From Candidatus Marinacidobacterales bacterium (GTDB lineage: Bacteria; Acidobacteriota; Vicinamibacteria; Marinacidobacterales; SMYC01), in the NCBI GenBank assembly GCA_965224085.1, contig CBDCYI010000005.1, forward strand, positions 1,504,001 through 1,568,000: a DNA stretch of 64,000 nucleotides. The letters run 5' to 3'. Every line of letters begins with the position of its first letter. The stretch's first letter is position 1. Below are positions 21,029-31,844 of the stretch, piece by piece. A program made the position numbers and the translations under genes. The notes under the pieces were generated by a model. The model was given only the letters and a program-made list of their open reading frames with translations. It had not been told where the DNA came from and searched no databases.

Positions 21029-21928
21029 ATGAAACGACTAGTTGCCATCTCGATCCTTCTCGGGCTTTCCGGTTGCTCGCTCAAAGCGCGCGCCGTCGAC
21101 ACTCTCGCGGAGGTGCTCGGCGAGGCGGAGAGCGTTTATTTGTCCGACGAAGATCCAGAGCTCGTCGCCGCAGCGCTTCCATTCAATCTCAAAACGATGG
21201 AGACACTGCTCGCGTCCAACCCGAATCATGTCGAGCTTCTTCTGACGGCGACGAAATCGTTCATTCTGTATGCGTATAGCTTTGTCGAGCCAGAAGTGCG
21301 CGGCTACGAATATACGGAGTTCGAGCGTGCCGAGGCGGTACGCCATCGTGCCGCGAGGCTCTATCGCCGCGCCTATGACTTCGGCATCCGCGGCGTCTCG
21401 GTCGGTCATCCGGGGATCGAGGAGCGTCTACGGAGAGAGCCCGATCAAGCGGTCGCCGAGCTCGAGCTCGAGGACGTGCCTCTCACGGTTTGGACCGCGG
21501 CAGCGCTCGGCGGGGCCATCAGCGTCAGCAAGGACGACCCGGAATCCACCGCCGACATCGCCGTCGTTGGGGCGCTCCTCAACCGCGCGCTCACTCTCGA
21601 CCCGGATTACGACCACGGCACGATCCACGAATTTCTCTTCGTTTATGAAACGGGTCGGGTCGGCGGCTCGATGGAAGTAGCCCGGAAGCACTACGAGCGC
21701 GCTCTTGCTCTCGGACCAGCGAAGATGCCCTCATTGTGGCTAAACTGGGCAGAGAGCGTATCCGTGACCGAGCAGAATCGAGCGGAGTTCATAGAGCTAG
21801 CCGACAAAGTCCTGGCCTTCGACGTCGCGCGCTATCCGGAGAATCGGCTCCTCAATTTGCTTGCGAAACGACGCGCCTCGTGGTTGAAAGAGAATGTCGA
21901 CGAGTTCTTCCTGGATAGTGGAACCTGA
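21029..21928 (+). CDS. tatT: TPAT/TRAP transporter TatT lipoprotein
   Basis: Lipobox LSGC, DEDPELVAAALPFNLK, TPR-like helices; precedes dctP. Confidence 0.85.
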   Translation: MKRLVAISILLGLSGCSLKARAVDTLAEVLGEAESVYLSDEDPELVAAALPFNLKTMETLLASNPNHVELLLTATKSFILYAYSFVEPEVRGYEYTEFERAEAVRHRAARLYRRAYDFGIRGVSVGHPGIEERLRREPDQAVAELELEDVPLTVWTAAALGGAISVSKDDPESTADIAVVGALLNRALTLDPDYDHGTIHEFLFVYETGRVGGSMEVARKHYERALALGPAKMPSLWLNWAESVSVTEQNRAEFIELADKVLAFDVARYPENRLLNLLAKRRASWLKENVDEFFLDSGT

Positions 21929-21929
21929 T

Positions 21930-22922
21930 ATGAAGCTTTGCATGGCCGCAGCGATGGCCGCTTTGCTCTCGACCCTCCTCCGTGCCGAGGCTCGGGTCAC
22001 CATTCGACTCGGCACCGTCGCCCCCAAAGGCTCCTCGTGGGAGTTCTTGCTGCGCCGCATGGGCGCGGATTGGGGCAAAGCGACCGGCGGCGACGTCCGC
22101 CTCCGCATCTACCCGGGCGGCACGGTCGGCGACGAGGGCGAGATGATACGCAAGATGCGCATCGGACAATTACAGGCCGCGGCGATCTCGAACGCCGGGC
22201 TCGCGGAGATCGATCGCAGAGCTTACGGCCTCATGCTGCCGATGATGTTCGACTCCTATGACGAGTGGGACCATGTGCGCAAGGAGCTAAACCCTATCCT
22301 CGAGGCGAACTTGAAGCAAAAAGGCTTTATCGTGCTCACTTGGACGGATTTGGGGTGGGTCTATTTCTTCACGAAAGAGGCGATGCGGACCCCCGCAGAT
22401 CTCGCGGGCATGAAGCTCGCGGCTTCGCACTCAGAGACCGAGACCATCGATATCTTCAAATGGGCCGGTTTCAACCCAGTACCGATATCGTTCGTGGACA
22501 TGATGACCGGCTTTCAAACGGGGCTCATCGACTCGACCTACGCCCCCGTGATCCTCGCGGAAGGCTCCCAGTTCTACCGTCAGGTCTCGAATATGACCGA
22601 CCTGAAATGGGCGCCTCTCCAAGGAGCGGTCGTGATGCACGAAAAGGGTTGGAACCAGCTGAGCCCGGGGCAGCAAGAAGAGATGTTACGCATCACGCGA
22701 CAAGTCGGCGAAGGGCTTCGCAGTTCGAACCGCGAACAGGAGCAACGCTCCCTCGACGCCATGACCAAACGTGGGCTCAAGATTGTCAAAATCTCGGACG
22801 AAGTTCTTTCCGAGTGGCGTGAGGTCGTCGAGAAGGCCTATCCACGGGTGCGCGAAAACCTCGTAACACCCGCGATCTTTGATCGCGTGCAGAAGCTTCG
22901 GGACGAGTTCCGCGCGCGCTGA
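21930..22922 (+). CDS. dctP: TRAP substrate-binding protein DctP (TatP)
   Basis: LGTVAPKGSSW, IYPGGTVGDEGEMIRKMRIGQL. Confidence 0.9.
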   Translation: MKLCMAAAMAALLSTLLRAEARVTIRLGTVAPKGSSWEFLLRRMGADWGKATGGDVRLRIYPGGTVGDEGEMIRKMRIGQLQAAAISNAGLAEIDRRAYGLMLPMMFDSYDEWDHVRKELNPILEANLKQKGFIVLTWTDLGWVYFFTKEAMRTPADLAGMKLAASHSETETIDIFKWAGFNPVPISFVDMMTGFQTGLIDSTYAPVILAEGSQFYRQVSNMTDLKWAPLQGAVVMHEKGWNQLSPGQQEEMLRITRQVGEGLRSSNREQEQRSLDAMTKRGLKIVKISDEVLSEWREVVEKAYPRVRENLVTPAIFDRVQKLRDEFRAR

Positions 22923-22934
22923 GCCCACTGATCA

Positions 22935-24734
22935 GTGAAGCGCTCCCTGGACAGCTTCGAGAACGGCCTCTCCGTTCTTGCATTGTTCACGATGGCGCTT
23001 CTCCCTTTGCTCGAAGCGGTCGTCCGCACGTTTTACCCTAGCGGCATCTCCGGCTCGACGATTTGGGTTCAACACATGGCCCTCTGGGTCACCTTTTTCG
23101 GCGCGGCCATCGCGGCGCGGCGCGGCGAGCTTCTTTCGCTCACGGCCGGAGCGCAGCTCGCGAGCGATAAATCGAAAGCGAGAATCCACCTCGTCGTAGG
23201 CGGCATAAGCTTCGCCGTCTGCGTCGTGCTCGTCCATGGAAGCCTCGAGCTCGTGAGCGTCGAGCGCGAAGGCGGTCGAGCGCTCGCTTTCGGGTTTCCT
23301 GTATGGGTCGCGCAATCCGTCATGCCCATCGGCTTTGCAGTCATCGGCTGGAGGCTCATGTACCGCGCGGCGTCAACGTGGCGCGGACGCGCGCTCGCCG
23401 CGAGCTTTGCCCTCGTTCCCGTTTTGCTCTACCGCTTCGAGGCACTCCAGGAGACCAGCATCTACTTGGCACTCGTACTCCTCTTGGTCGCCGCAACGGC
23501 GCTCGGAGCGCCTATCTTCGTCGGCATCGGAGGCGTGGCGGCGGTGCTCTTGTGGCACGATCTCTTCCCTGTCTCCGCGATCCCCACCGAGACATACAAC
23601 CTCGCGATCAAACCGATCCTCCCGACGATCCCGCTCTTCACCCTCGCGGGCTTCATTCTTGCCGAGGGGGGAACACCGCGAAGGCTCGTGGAGCTCTTCC
23701 GTGCGCTCGTGGGTTGGCTTCCAGGCGGCTTTGCGATTGTCGCCATAGTGGTGTGCGCATTTTTCACGAGCTTCACGGGCGGCAGCGGCGTCACCATCCT
23801 CGCGATGGGCGGGCTCTTGTTCCCGATGCTACGCGAGCGAAAATACTCGCCGAAATTCACGACTGGGCTTCTGACGTCGGCGGGATCCCTCGGGCTGTTG
23901 TTCCCGCCTTCGCTCGCCGTCATTCTTTATGGGCTCGTGGCCGGCGTCGAGCTCCGACGTCTGTTCGTGAGCGGCTTCGTCCCGGCAATCCTCCAGGTCG
24001 GGCTCGTCGCAGCCTTCGCGCTCTACGCGGCAAAGAATGTGGGTATCGAGCGCGTGTCCTTCGATGTTCGTCGAAGTCTCACGGCCATCTGGAACGCCAA
24101 GTGGGAAATCGCTATCCCGGTCGTCGTGCTCGGGAGCATCCTCGGCGGATTCGCCACCCTCGTCGAGGCCGCTGCGGTCACGGTTCTCTATGCTTTCGTC
24201 CTCGAATTCGTCATCCACCGCGACTTGAAAATCACGAAAGATCTGTTGCGCGTGGGAGCGGACGCGGCGACATTGATCGGCGGCGTGCTCATCATCCTCG
24301 GAGTTGCACTTGGTTTGACCAACTATCTCATCTTCGCCGAGATCCCCCAGCTCGGGGTCGACTGGGTACAGACAATCGTAAGCTCTCCGCTCGTCTTCTT
24401 GCTTCTGCTGAATCTGTTTTTGTTGATCGTCGGCTGTCTGATGGACATCTATTCGGCCATCGTCGTCGTCGTGCCGCTCATCACGCCCCTCGGAATCGTC
24501 TTCGGCATCGACCCCTTTCACCTCGGGATCATCTTTCTCACGAACATGGAGCTCGGCTACCTGACGCCGCCCGTGGGTATGAACCTTTTTCTCGCGTCCT
24601 ACCGGTTCAAACAGCCGCTGCCGGACGTCTATCGCGCGGCACTTCCATTTCTCGCGATCCGTGCCGTCGCGGTCGTTTTCGTAACCTACGTTCCATGGCT
24701 CACGCAATTTCTCCCAGCGCTTCTATTCGAATAA
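22935..24734 (+). CDS. TRAP fused small/large permease DctQM
   Basis: IPLFTLAG, FTGGSGVTILA, GLLFPPS, ELGYLTPPVGMNLF. Confidence 0.92.
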   Translation: MKRSLDSFENGLSVLALFTMALLPLLEAVVRTFYPSGISGSTIWVQHMALWVTFFGAAIAARRGELLSLTAGAQLASDKSKARIHLVVGGISFAVCVVLVHGSLELVSVEREGGRALAFGFPVWVAQSVMPIGFAVIGWRLMYRAASTWRGRALAASFALVPVLLYRFEALQETSIYLALVLLLVAATALGAPIFVGIGGVAAVLLWHDLFPVSAIPTETYNLAIKPILPTIPLFTLAGFILAEGGTPRRLVELFRALVGWLPGGFAIVAIVVCAFFTSFTGGSGVTILAMGGLLFPMLRERKYSPKFTTGLLTSAGSLGLLFPPSLAVILYGLVAGVELRRLFVSGFVPAILQVGLVAAFALYAAKNVGIERVSFDVRRSLTAIWNAKWEIAIPVVVLGSILGGFATLVEAAAVTVLYAFVLEFVIHRDLKITKDLLRVGADAATLIGGVLIILGVALGLTNYLIFAEIPQLGVDWVQTIVSSPLVFLLLLNLFLLIVGCLMDIYSAIVVVVPLITPLGIVFGIDPFHLGIIFLTNMELGYLTPPVGMNLFLASYRFKQPLPDVYRAALPFLAIRAVAVVFVTYVPWLTQFLPALLFE

Positions 24735-24890
24735 AGCAACCCAGCCGGGCCCTCACCCGTCTAACCTTGTTCGAGACTGGGATCGGCGGCGTCCCAAAAG
24801 CGCACAAGAAGTGTTGGGATCTAAGGGGTGGTAAACCCACATCCTGTTACTATTAAGTAACTTAGAAGACACCAAGTTTTATGGAACAAA

Positions 24891-24906
24891 TGGCACGTCG
24901 TTTGCG
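24891..24906 (+). promoter_or_regulatory. Sigma-54 (-24/-12) promoter
   Basis: TGGCACG-TCGT-TTGC matches the consensus, shortly upstream of the AGGAGG RBS of the HlyD gene. Confidence 0.8.
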
Positions 24907-24933
24907 CATATAAGACCGGTAGGAGGAGTTGGT

Positions 24934-26193
24934 TTGGACGTCAAACGTGAAGGGTTCGCCCGAAAAAAACGCATCCGCATGGTCGTGATCGCGAGCGCCG
25001 TGCTCGCTGGCATCGCTGCCATCAGCTTTGGATTGTCCCGGCTCGAGCCCGCCGCCCCGTCCGTCAACCGCGCGACGGTCTGGATGGACGGCGTGGAGCG
25101 AGGCGAGATGATCCGCCAGGTACGCGGTCCTGGAACGCTCGAAGTGCTTCCCGAGGCCATCCGCTGGGTCGCGGCCCGCACCCGCGGCCGGGTGGAGCGG
25201 CGCATTCTTCTGCCGGGGGTCGAGGTCGAGCCCTCGACCATCATTCTCGAGCTATCGAATCCCGAGCTCGATCAAGAGCTTCGAGATGCCGAGTTTCAAC
25301 TTCAGGCTCAGGAAGCCGAGATGGCCGATCTGCGGGTCACGGTCGAGAGCCAATTGCTGAACCAAAAGTCCATGGCCGCGACCGTCGCTTCCGAGTTCAA
25401 CCAAGCGAAACTTCAAGCAGCGGCGGACGAACGACTCTTCGCCGAAGAGCTCATCGGAGACTTGATCCTCAAGCGCTCGAGGGTCCGCGCCGAGGAGCTC
25501 GCCGTACGGAACGATTTAGAGCGAAAGCGGCTCGAGATCGCCTCCGCCTCGGTGGAAGCGCAGCTCGCCGCCAAACGCGCCACCGTCGAACAGTTCAAGG
25601 CACTGTACGAGCTTCGTCGCAGCCAGGAAGCCGCGTTGACGGTCCGCGCCGGCATTCGTGGCGTGTTGCAGGGAGTACCGGTGGAGGTCGGCCAGGAGGT
25701 CACGCCCGGGCAGAACCTGGCGCGCGTGGCGCAGCCCGACAAGCTCAAAGCGCAGCTGCGGATCGCCGAGACGCAGGCAAAAGACATCGAAGTCGGCCAA
25801 AAGGCCATCGTCGACACGCGCAACGGCATCATCGAGGGCAAAGTCATCCGGATCGACCCCGCCGTCCAAGAAGGAACCGTCACCGTCGACATCGCACTCC
25901 TAGGAGCGCTTCCCAAAGGCGCCCGGCCGGACTTGAGCGTCGACGGCACGATCGAGCTCGAGCGCTTGCACGATGTGCTCTATGTCGGCCGGCCCGCTTA
26001 TGGACAGGCCGAGAGCACGATTGGGCTGTTCAAGCTGCTCGAAGACGGCGAGACGGCAGTGCGGGCGCAAGTCCGGCTCGGCCGCAGCTCCGTGAACACC
26101 ATAGAGGTCATCCAAGGTTTGAACGAAGGCGACCAGGTCATCTTGTCCGACACGTCGGCCTGGGACGCCTACGATCGCATTCGACTTTACTAG
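24934..26193 (+). CDS. HlyD/MacA-family periplasmic adaptor
   Basis: N-terminal TM, VRGPGTL, lipoyl-like halves, coiled coil, RPDLSVDG. Confidence 0.9.
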   Translation: MDVKREGFARKKRIRMVVIASAVLAGIAAISFGLSRLEPAAPSVNRATVWMDGVERGEMIRQVRGPGTLEVLPEAIRWVAARTRGRVERRILLPGVEVEPSTIILELSNPELDQELRDAEFQLQAQEAEMADLRVTVESQLLNQKSMAATVASEFNQAKLQAAADERLFAEELIGDLILKRSRVRAEELAVRNDLERKRLEIASASVEAQLAAKRATVEQFKALYELRRSQEAALTVRAGIRGVLQGVPVEVGQEVTPGQNLARVAQPDKLKAQLRIAETQAKDIEVGQKAIVDTRNGIIEGKVIRIDPAVQEGTVTVDIALLGALPKGARPDLSVDGTIELERLHDVLYVGRPAYGQAESTIGLFKLLEDGETAVRAQVRLGRSSVNTIEVIQGLNEGDQVILSDTSAWDAYDRIRLY

Positions 26194-26233
26194 GTTTCAT
26201 TAATCAAAGAATTAGAGGAAGGGGCTACATTCC

Positions 26234-26929
26234 ATGGCTGAAGACACTGCACTCATCCACCTCGAAGGCGTCACGAAAGTCTTCTACACCGACGAGGTGG
26301 AGACACACGCTCTCGCGGGCATCCATCTCGATATCCAAAAGGGCGAGTATGTGTCCATCTCCGGTCCGTCCGGCTGCGGCAAATCGACGCTCTTGTCGAT
26401 CCTCGGCCTTCTCGATACGCCGACGGGCGGAACCTATATCTTGAACGATACGTCGGTCGACAACCTCAGCCTGTCGCAGCGCGCCCGGATCCGGAACCGC
26501 GAAGTGGGTTTCATCTTTCAGGCGTTCAACTTGATTGGCGACCTTACCGTTTACGAGAACGTCGAGCTTCCTTTGACTTATCGGGGCATGCCTTCCGCCG
26601 AGCGCAAAACTCGCGTGAACGACGCGCTCGAGAAAGTAGGCATGGCGCATCGCACCAAGCATTTCCCGTCCCAGCTCTCCGGTGGTCAGCAGCAGCGCGT
26701 CGCCGTCGCCCGAGCTGTGGTCGGCGAGCCTTCCATCCTTCTCGCGGACGAGCCCACGGGCAACTTGGATTCGACGAACGGCGAGGCCGTCATGGATCTC
26801 ATGCGCGAGCTTCATGACGGCGGCGCGACCATCTGCATGGTGACGCATGACCCGCGCTACGCTGAATATGCGGAGCGGAACATCTCGCTTTTCGACGGAC
26901 GCATCGTCGAGGAAAAAGTCGAAGCCTAG
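26234..26929 (+). CDS. MacB/LolD-type ABC ATP-binding protein
   Basis: GPSGCGKST, LSGGQQQRVA, ADEPTGNLD, MVTHD. Confidence 0.95.
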   Translation: MAEDTALIHLEGVTKVFYTDEVETHALAGIHLDIQKGEYVSISGPSGCGKSTLLSILGLLDTPTGGTYILNDTSVDNLSLSQRARIRNREVGFIFQAFNLIGDLTVYENVELPLTYRGMPSAERKTRVNDALEKVGMAHRTKHFPSQLSGGQQQRVAVARAVVGEPSILLADEPTGNLDSTNGEAVMDLMRELHDGGATICMVTHDPRYAEYAERNISLFDGRIVEEKVEA

Positions 26930-27029
26930 CGGGTCTACCAATCAACCGGCACTGGCTCCCTAGTCTGCGCCCTGCCATGGCTTGGGAGCCAATACCCGCT
27001 TAACCTGAGTTTAAAGATTGGATTGAGGC

Positions 27030-29487
27030 ATGAATTTCCTGCAGGATTTGCGTTTTAGTCTCCGAACCCTCGTCAAGAGCCCGGCCTTCGCCATCGTGGC
27101 GGTGGCCTCGCTCGCGCTGGGGATTGGTGCGAACACGACGATCTTCTCGATCGTCAACGCGTTGTTTCTCAATCCCCTTCCTGTCGAAAAGTCCAAGGAG
27201 CTCGTGGCCGTCTTCACTGTGGACGAAACGAACCCCGCACTGGGCTTCACACAACTCTCGTACCCCAATTACAAGGATTACCGCGACCAAAACGAAGTCT
27301 TCGACGGAACCATCGCGTGGGGGGGTTCCCTTTCCCGGCAAGCATGCTCGAAGGCGAAGAGCCCGAGCAAGTCTTTACCGAGACAGTGACAGGAAACTAT
27401 TTCGGCGTGCTCGGGGTCGAGCCGGCACTCGGACGGTTCATCCTTCCTGAGGAAGATCGCGCTGAAGGTGCCAACCCGGTCGTTGTCTTGAGCTACAAGC
27501 TCTGGACACGGCGTTTCGGCCAGGACGCCGCGATCCTCGGCCGCAGGCTCATCCTCAACGGCACGACCTTCGACGTGATCGGGGTTGCCCCGCAAGGATT
27601 TCAAGGTGTGAACGCGCTCTTCAGCCCCGATCTGTGGGTGCCGATGATGATGTACCCCCAGGTGCTTCCGGAGCAGTTTCGACGGTGGATCGAAGATCGT
27701 CGCGCGCTTTTCGTCAACGTGGCTGGGCGTCTCAAAGACGGCGTCTCGACGGAGGAAGCGACCGCGCACCTGAAGACCCTAGCGAGCGCCCTGGAGCAGG
27801 AATATCCCGAGCCGAACAAAGGTCGCACCGTCGAGCTTCGGCCGCTGACCGAAGCCACGATTTTTCCACAAGTGCGCGGCGCTCTGACCATAGGAAGCGC
27901 TGTTCTCATGATCGCGGTCGGCCTCGTGCTTCTCATCGCCTGCTTCAACGTAGCGAACTTGATGATGGCGAAAGCCACCGGGCGCCGCAAAGAAATCGCC
28001 GTGCGCCTGTCTCTCGGCGCCGGACGGATGCGGCTCATCCGCCAGCTCTTGACCGAAAGCATCTTGTTGTCGATCGTTGGCGGCGTGGCGGGTTTGGTCG
28101 TAGCGGTCTGGGGCATGGATCTCATCTGGTCGATGCGGCCATCGTTCATCGGTCAGAACATGTTTCAGCCCGTCATCGACGCTCGCGTCCTCGTGTTCAC
28201 GCTCGTGGTGTCGGTTGTTACCGGTGCCATCTTCGGCCTGCTCCCCGCGATTCAGAGCTCGCGCCCGCGCGTCGTGGACGCTCTCAAAGAGGAAACGCGC
28301 GCCGGCGGGCGCTCACGCGGCGCGTCTTTCGTGCGCAACACGCTCGTGGTCGTGCAAGTCACGCTCTCTATCGTCGTGCTCGTCGCGGCGGGGCTCTTCT
28401 TGCGCAGTCTCTCGAGCGCACACGATATCGATCCCGGCTTCGAGACCGAGAAGCTCGCGGTAATCATGGTGAATCCGGGACAGGCCGGCTACGATCAAGC
28501 GCGAGCCGAGCAGTTCTACGATCGCATCGTCGAACGCTTGCGGACAGAGCCCATGGTGCGCTCGGTAGCCTGGGCCACCAATGCTCCGCTCTTCGGCGGA
28601 TTTCAGCGCACCGTTTATCTCGAAGGCCAGCCTCGCGACGAAGGCGCCCGCATCTTCGCCACCGTGAACAATATCGAGGACGGCTATTTCGAGACCATCG
28701 GCACTGAGTTCCGAAGCGGCCGTGATTTCACAACGGCCGACCGCGAGGACTCCGTTCCCGTGGCTATCGTCAACGCAGCCATGGTCGAGCAGTACTTTCC
28801 GGAGACCGATCCTATCGGGAAGCGCTTTCAGTTCTACGGAGACGATTTCTACCGCGAGATATCGTCGGGGTCGTCGCAACGGCGAAATACGGGACACTCG
28901 GTGAAGATCCCGTTGCTGTGATCTTCAGCCCGAGGCGACAAACCTATGGGGACGCGATGGTGCTGCACATCCGGACCAACGGAGAGGCCGCCAAAGCACT
29001 CGCGAGCGCGCAACGGGTCCTGCGGGAGGCGGATTCCACGGTGCCCGTTCAATTCGCCTGGACGATCGAGGAGCTCATCGATCAATCGCTCTGGGCCCCC
29101 AAGATGGCTGGGGTGCTCCTTGGCGTGCTCGGTATCTTGGCACTCGTACTCGCGTCGATCGGGCTCTACGGCGTCATGGCGTTCATGGTTAGCCAACGCA
29201 ACCGCGAGATCGGGCTGCGGATGGCCCTTGGAGCGGCTCAAGGCGACGTAGTGTCGATGGTGTTGAAGCACGCCATGATCTTGGTGGGCATCGGGACGTT
29301 TCTCGGCCTCACGGCGGCGTATGCGGTCTCGAACCTCGTCGCGACCATCCTCTACGGAAGCGCGCGCGACCCGGTGACGTTTGTGGGCGTGGCGGTCATG
29401 CTAGCCGCGGTGGCGTTTCTGGCCACTCTCGTTCCAGCGCTCAAAGCGAGCCGGGTCGATCCGCTCATCGCGCTGCGATACGAATGA
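27030..29487 (+). CDS. ADOP duplicated MacB/FtsX permease with two frameshifts (G-run 27319-27325 and about 28859)
   Basis: LALGIGANTTIFS, LLIACFNVANL, EIAVRLSLGA, EIGLRMALGA, VDPLIALRYE spread over three frames. Confidence 0.85.
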
Positions 29488-29512
29488 TCGAAGGTCCGGC
29501 AACGCCAGGCCT

Positions 29513-30010
29513 TCAATTTCCCGCGAGTGCTCCCCGGATGTGTCTCACGAGATCCGCAGAGATATGCGCCTTGTCCCCCGCATCGTAATAATACTCGTCC
29601 GCCCAGATCCGCGGCCGGTCTCCCGGCTTGACGACATAGACCGAAAGCCGAAGACGGCCTTGCTCGCGCTCCACGCTCCCCGCGAGCGCGTAGTCTGCGC
29701 CGAGCGACGCGGCGATGGCCTCGATCCCGTCCGAGAGCCCCTGGTGCTGTAGCGCGGTCTCGCGAGGCACCAACTCGTAGGCTTCGACCCATACGAGGGC
29801 CTCCGTGATCGCCACCGTGACGTCCGCCGCGATGAGCTCGAGCTCCTCATCACCGTCCAGATTTTCGAAGGGCAAAACAACCAGCATCGGTTTCAAGGTC
29901 GGCGTGTGCGGCTTCAGACGCACGATCGGCTGGCCGAAGTAAGCTACCGCCGCCAAAACCGCCCCGAACAGGAGCAGCGCCAACACGACATTCTTGCCAG
30001 ATGTAACCAT
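29513..30010 (-). CDS. Membrane-anchored TolB-N-like domain protein
   Basis: N-terminal TM; VVLPFENLDGD, LGADYALAGSV, IWADEY. Confidence 0.7.
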   Translation of the reverse strand: MVTSGKNVVLALLLFGAVLAAVAYFGQPIVRLKPHTPTLKPMLVVLPFENLDGDEELELIAADVTVAITEALVWVEAYELVPRETALQHQGLSDGIEAIAASLGADYALAGSVEREQGRLRLSVYVVKPGDRPRIWADEYYYDAGDKAHISADLVRHIRGALAGN

Positions 30011-30049
30011 AGGTTGACCGAATCGACCGAAGCAGTATCATACTTGGTC

Positions 30050-30841
30050 ATGAAGTCACTTGTTTTGGTCAAATACGTCCCAGACAGCAACTCGGGTTTT
30101 CGTATCAAGAGCGATGGCACCTGGGTCGATGAAAGCAGCCTTTCTTTCAACATCAACGAATTCGACCGCTACGCTCTCGAAGCGCTCCTCGCGCTCAAGG
30201 ATGCTGGCACCGTCGAGGAAGTCATAGCGCTCACCGTCGGCCCCGCCGAGGCGAGTTCGGCGCTCAGAACCTGCCTTGCGACCGGGGCCGATCGCGCCAT
30301 CCACGTGAAGGACGAAGCACTCGTGGGCGCGGATCCGCTCTCGCTCGCGCGCGTCATTCACGCCGCCATCAAGGACGAAGAGCTCTCCATCATTCTCGCG
30401 GGCCTCCAGGCAGATGACGACAATTACACGCAAGTGGGTGGGCTCGTCGCCGGTCTTTTGGACTGGCCGTGCGCGAGCGCTGCGATGAGCCTGAACGCCC
30501 AGGGAGATACCCTCCGCGTCGAGCGCGAGCTCGAGAACAACGAGCTCCAAGTCGTCGATCTGACACTTCCAGCCGTGGTAACGGTCCAAACAGGTATCAA
30601 CACACCCCGCTATGCCAGCCTCAAAGGCATCATGGCGGCGAAGAAGAAGCCGGTCGCCACAATTGGGCTTTCCGACATCGGGCTCGACGCTGCGGAGGTG
30701 GGTGGCGACGCGGCCAAGCTCCGTACCGTCCGTCTCTCGCAGCCGGCCAAGGGCAAAGGAGCGGAGATCTTGTCTGGAAGCGCGGACGAAATCGCCGCCG
30801 CGCTCGTCAACCGCATTCGCGAGAACACCGGAGTTATCTGA
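30050..30841 (+). CDS. etfB: Electron transfer flavoprotein beta subunit
   Basis: VKYVPD, NEFDRYALE, GADRA, NTPRYASLKGIMAAKKK. Confidence 0.95.
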   Translation: MKSLVLVKYVPDSNSGFRIKSDGTWVDESSLSFNINEFDRYALEALLALKDAGTVEEVIALTVGPAEASSALRTCLATGADRAIHVKDEALVGADPLSLARVIHAAIKDEELSIILAGLQADDDNYTQVGGLVAGLLDWPCASAAMSLNAQGDTLRVERELENNELQVVDLTLPAVVTVQTGINTPRYASLKGIMAAKKKPVATIGLSDIGLDAAEVGGDAAKLRTVRLSQPAKGKGAEILSGSADEIAAALVNRIRENTGVI

Positions 30842-30844
30842 CAC

Positions 30845-31840
30845 ATGGCGAAGACAATTCTCATCCTCGCCGAGCATGACGGCTCGGCGCTCAAAGACAT
30901 TACCTTCGAGCTTCTCGGGATGGCGCATCGTGTGGCCGAAGGTACTCTCGTGAAAGCACTTCTCCTGGGAAGCGGTGTGGACGGGCTCGCCTCGGAGCTT
31001 GCGGCTCGGGGCGCGTCCGAAGTCATCTACATGGAAGGCACCGCTGTCGCCGAGTACACGAGTGACGGTTATCGGAAAGCCATCGAGGCGGTGTTGAACG
31101 AGGAAAGCCCCGATCTTTTTCTCATCGGCAACACGCCCAACGGCTGGGACGTTGCCCCGCTCGTCTCGGCGCGGCTTCGGGTGCCGCTCGCAACAGGCTG
31201 CTCAGCAGTGACGCTCGAAAGTGGCGGTCCTGATCGCGCGATGCGCGGCGCTCTTTTCCACCGCAAAGCTTTCAATGGCAAGTTCGTCCACGAGGTGGCC
31301 GTCGCCGATGCGCGCCCGCTCTTCGCGACCATCGACAAAGGGGCTTCGGCTGTCTTCGAAGGCGAGACGTCGGGCACGGTGCGCAAGATCGAAAGCCCGG
31401 TACGAGAGAGCGACCTCCGCTCGCGCTTCGTCGAAACCAAGAAAGGCGCCTCGAGTGGGCTCGATTTGACGCAGGCCAACGTCATCGTTTCCGGCGGGCG
31501 CGGCGTTGGCGACCCGGAGAAGTTCGACGTGATTGGAGAGCTCGCAGAGGCCCTTTCAGGCCAAGTCGGGGCTTCGCGCGCCGTGACCGACGCGGGGTGG
31601 CTCCCGCACGAGCATCAGATTGGCAGCAGCGGTGTGACCGTGAGTCCGAAGCTCTACGTGGCTTGTGGGATATCGGGCGCCATCCAGCACGTCGTGGGGA
31701 TGAAGGGCTCGGGCTACATCGTGGCGATCAATAAAGACGCGGACGCGCCGATTTTCGGCATCGCGGATGTCGGGGTCGTCGGGGATCTCTTCGAAATCGT
31801 CCCGGCCCTCACGAAGGCCCTGAAGGCCCTGACGGGATGA
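30845..31840 (+). CDS. etfA: Electron transfer flavoprotein alpha subunit
   Basis: VSGGRG, GASRA, QIGSSG, GISGAIQH, AINKD. Confidence 0.95.
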   Translation: MAKTILILAEHDGSALKDITFELLGMAHRVAEGTLVKALLLGSGVDGLASELAARGASEVIYMEGTAVAEYTSDGYRKAIEAVLNEESPDLFLIGNTPNGWDVAPLVSARLRVPLATGCSAVTLESGGPDRAMRGALFHRKAFNGKFVHEVAVADARPLFATIDKGASAVFEGETSGTVRKIESPVRESDLRSRFVETKKGASSGLDLTQANVIVSGGRGVGDPEKFDVIGELAEALSGQVGASRAVTDAGWLPHEHQIGSSGVTVSPKLYVACGISGAIQHVVGMKGSGYIVAINKDADAPIFGIADVGVVGDLFEIVPALTKALKALTG

Positions 31841-31844
31841 CGGC

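Noticed and set aside
27319-28861. Frameshifts in the ADOP permease (also cupin, lipoprotein and transposases) as programmed frameshifting or phase variation
   Set aside because: They are scattered over unrelated genes, some in homopolymers; sequencing error or decay is simpler and cannot be resolved without reads
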